Source: Vermamoeba vermiformis (lineage: Eukaryota). From it: a DNA stretch of 49,681 nt. Positions 48,749 through 49,681 of the stretch are shown one piece after another. Position 1 is the stretch's first letter, and each line of letters opens with the position of its first letter. A program made the position numbers and the translations under genes. The notes beneath the pieces were generated by a model. That model was not told the DNA's origin. It ran no database searches and saw only the letters and a program-made list of their open reading frames with translations. The stretch covers positions 496,001-545,681 of the forward strand of contig JBEWZL010000076.1 of NCBI GenBank assembly GCA_045837725.1, read 5' to 3'.

Positions 48749-48807
48749 GGAGTGCGTTAGCTCCATTCCTTCACATAATTTAATTCGAGGAGTGCGTTAG
48801 CTCCATT
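48749..48807. repeat. 19-bp direct repeat GGAGTGCGTTAGCTCCATT x2, 40 bp apart
   Basis: Copies at 48749-48767 and 48789-48807; each has GGAG/CTCC arms. Confidence 0.9.
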
Positions 48808-49117
48808 TTCCCTTGGCTTTTAGGCCATTACTAACTTCTTTTGAAGATCGGCGTATCCGTCTTCAATTTACTTTAGATCCCTTAATAAATGGTAAAACGT
48901 GGTTTACGCCACTATTTATTACTATTTAATTGTTTATATTGCATTAATTATTCATATATGTAAGTGGGCTTGCCCATATAGGGCTAGCCCTGACACCCCC
49001 TCAAAAAAATAAAGAATTTTCTACCCCGATCATTTTTTACTTAAGCAAAATTTTACTTTGGAAAATTATCCACGGGAAAAAAAGAAGTCTCGCCCCGAAT
49101 GACATGCTCAAAAACAC

Positions 49118-49514
49118 TAAGTCCTGCAGGTCGTCTCCACGTGGAGACGATCTCATAAAAAAACAAAGTCTCGCAGGTCGTCTCCACGCGGAGACGATCC
49201 TAAAAAAACAAAGTCCTACAGGTCGTCTCCACGCGGAGACAATCCTAAAAAAAAACAAAGTCTCGCAGTTCGTCTCCACGCGGAGACAATCCTAAAAAAA
49301 AACAAAGTCTCGCAGGTCGTCTCCACGTGGAGACGATCCTAAAAAAAACAAAGTCTCGCAGGTCGTCTCCGCGTGGAGACGATCCTAAAAAAACTACGAT
49401 GTCCTACAGGTCGTCTCCGCGTGGAGACGATCCTAAAAAAAATAAAGTCTCACAGGTCGTCTCCACGTGGAGACGATCTACAAAATAAGAATGTCTCGCT
49501 GGTCGTCTCCGCGT
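49118..49514. repeat. Tandem array of 8 full + 1 partial 45-48-bp units with 20-bp palindromic core
   Basis: Core TCGTCTCCACGTGGAGACGA (perfect palindrome, variants ACGC/GCGT in centre) separated by A-tract + AAAGTCTCGC linkers. Confidence 0.97.
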
Positions 49515-49681
49515 ACAAACATTTCTCTTGGTCATGTCAGCACGGAGATGCTTAAAACTGAAATCGTTGAGGTCCACTCCGCGCGCGAAGACGAATCCGT
49601 TAACTAAATAAAAAAAGGTAAAAATAACAAGACTGCCAATACAAACTGGAGGGTCTCACTATTATACATAAAAATATAGCC

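Noticed and set aside
49128-49510. Synthetic cloning artefact (inverted BsmBI sites CGTCTC/GAGACG in each unit)
   Set aside because: Units vary in A-tract length and point substitutions as natural repeats do, and no vector sequence is present.
46410-49514. CRISPR arrays
   Set aside because: Sequences between the palindromes are near-identical, not unique spacers; no cas genes; eukaryotic context.

Overview
Gene-dense, intron-rich eukaryotic DNA with short (mostly 45-60 nt) GT-AG introns and very short intergenic spacers. It is most likely an amoebozoan protist, judged from a Dictyostelium-type myosin regulatory light chain and a Ras-binding class I PI3K. About 19 spliced protein genes were reconstructed by hand: rhomboid, acyl-CoA dehydrogenase, RmlC epimerase, RCC1-like, C2+permuted papain-fold, CPBP protease, Crinkler-type NTPase+nuclease, POT transporter, PI3K, WKF protein, RPAP3-like, SPIDR-like, PITAIRE CDK, lipase, Pro-loop ion channel, MORN protein, myosin RLC, RA+CH protein and a degenerate Fpg/Nei-fold protein. 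Main points of interest: (1) two sharply CpG-depleted islands in an otherwise CpG-rich genome, one over the Crinkler-type gene and one over a right-hand accessory block. That block holds a TET/JBP-like oxygenase remnant, a Nei-like gene and two related palindromic tandem arrays, and may be a mobile DNA-modification/anti-silencing module. (2) A CTD kinase carrying its own Pol II CTD-like heptads. (3) A strongly over-represented palindrome TGACA-NN-TGTCA, mostly in introns. (4) A candidate structured RNA upstream of the rhomboid gene. All family assignments come from motif recognition by eye, not database searches. Gene spans include introns.
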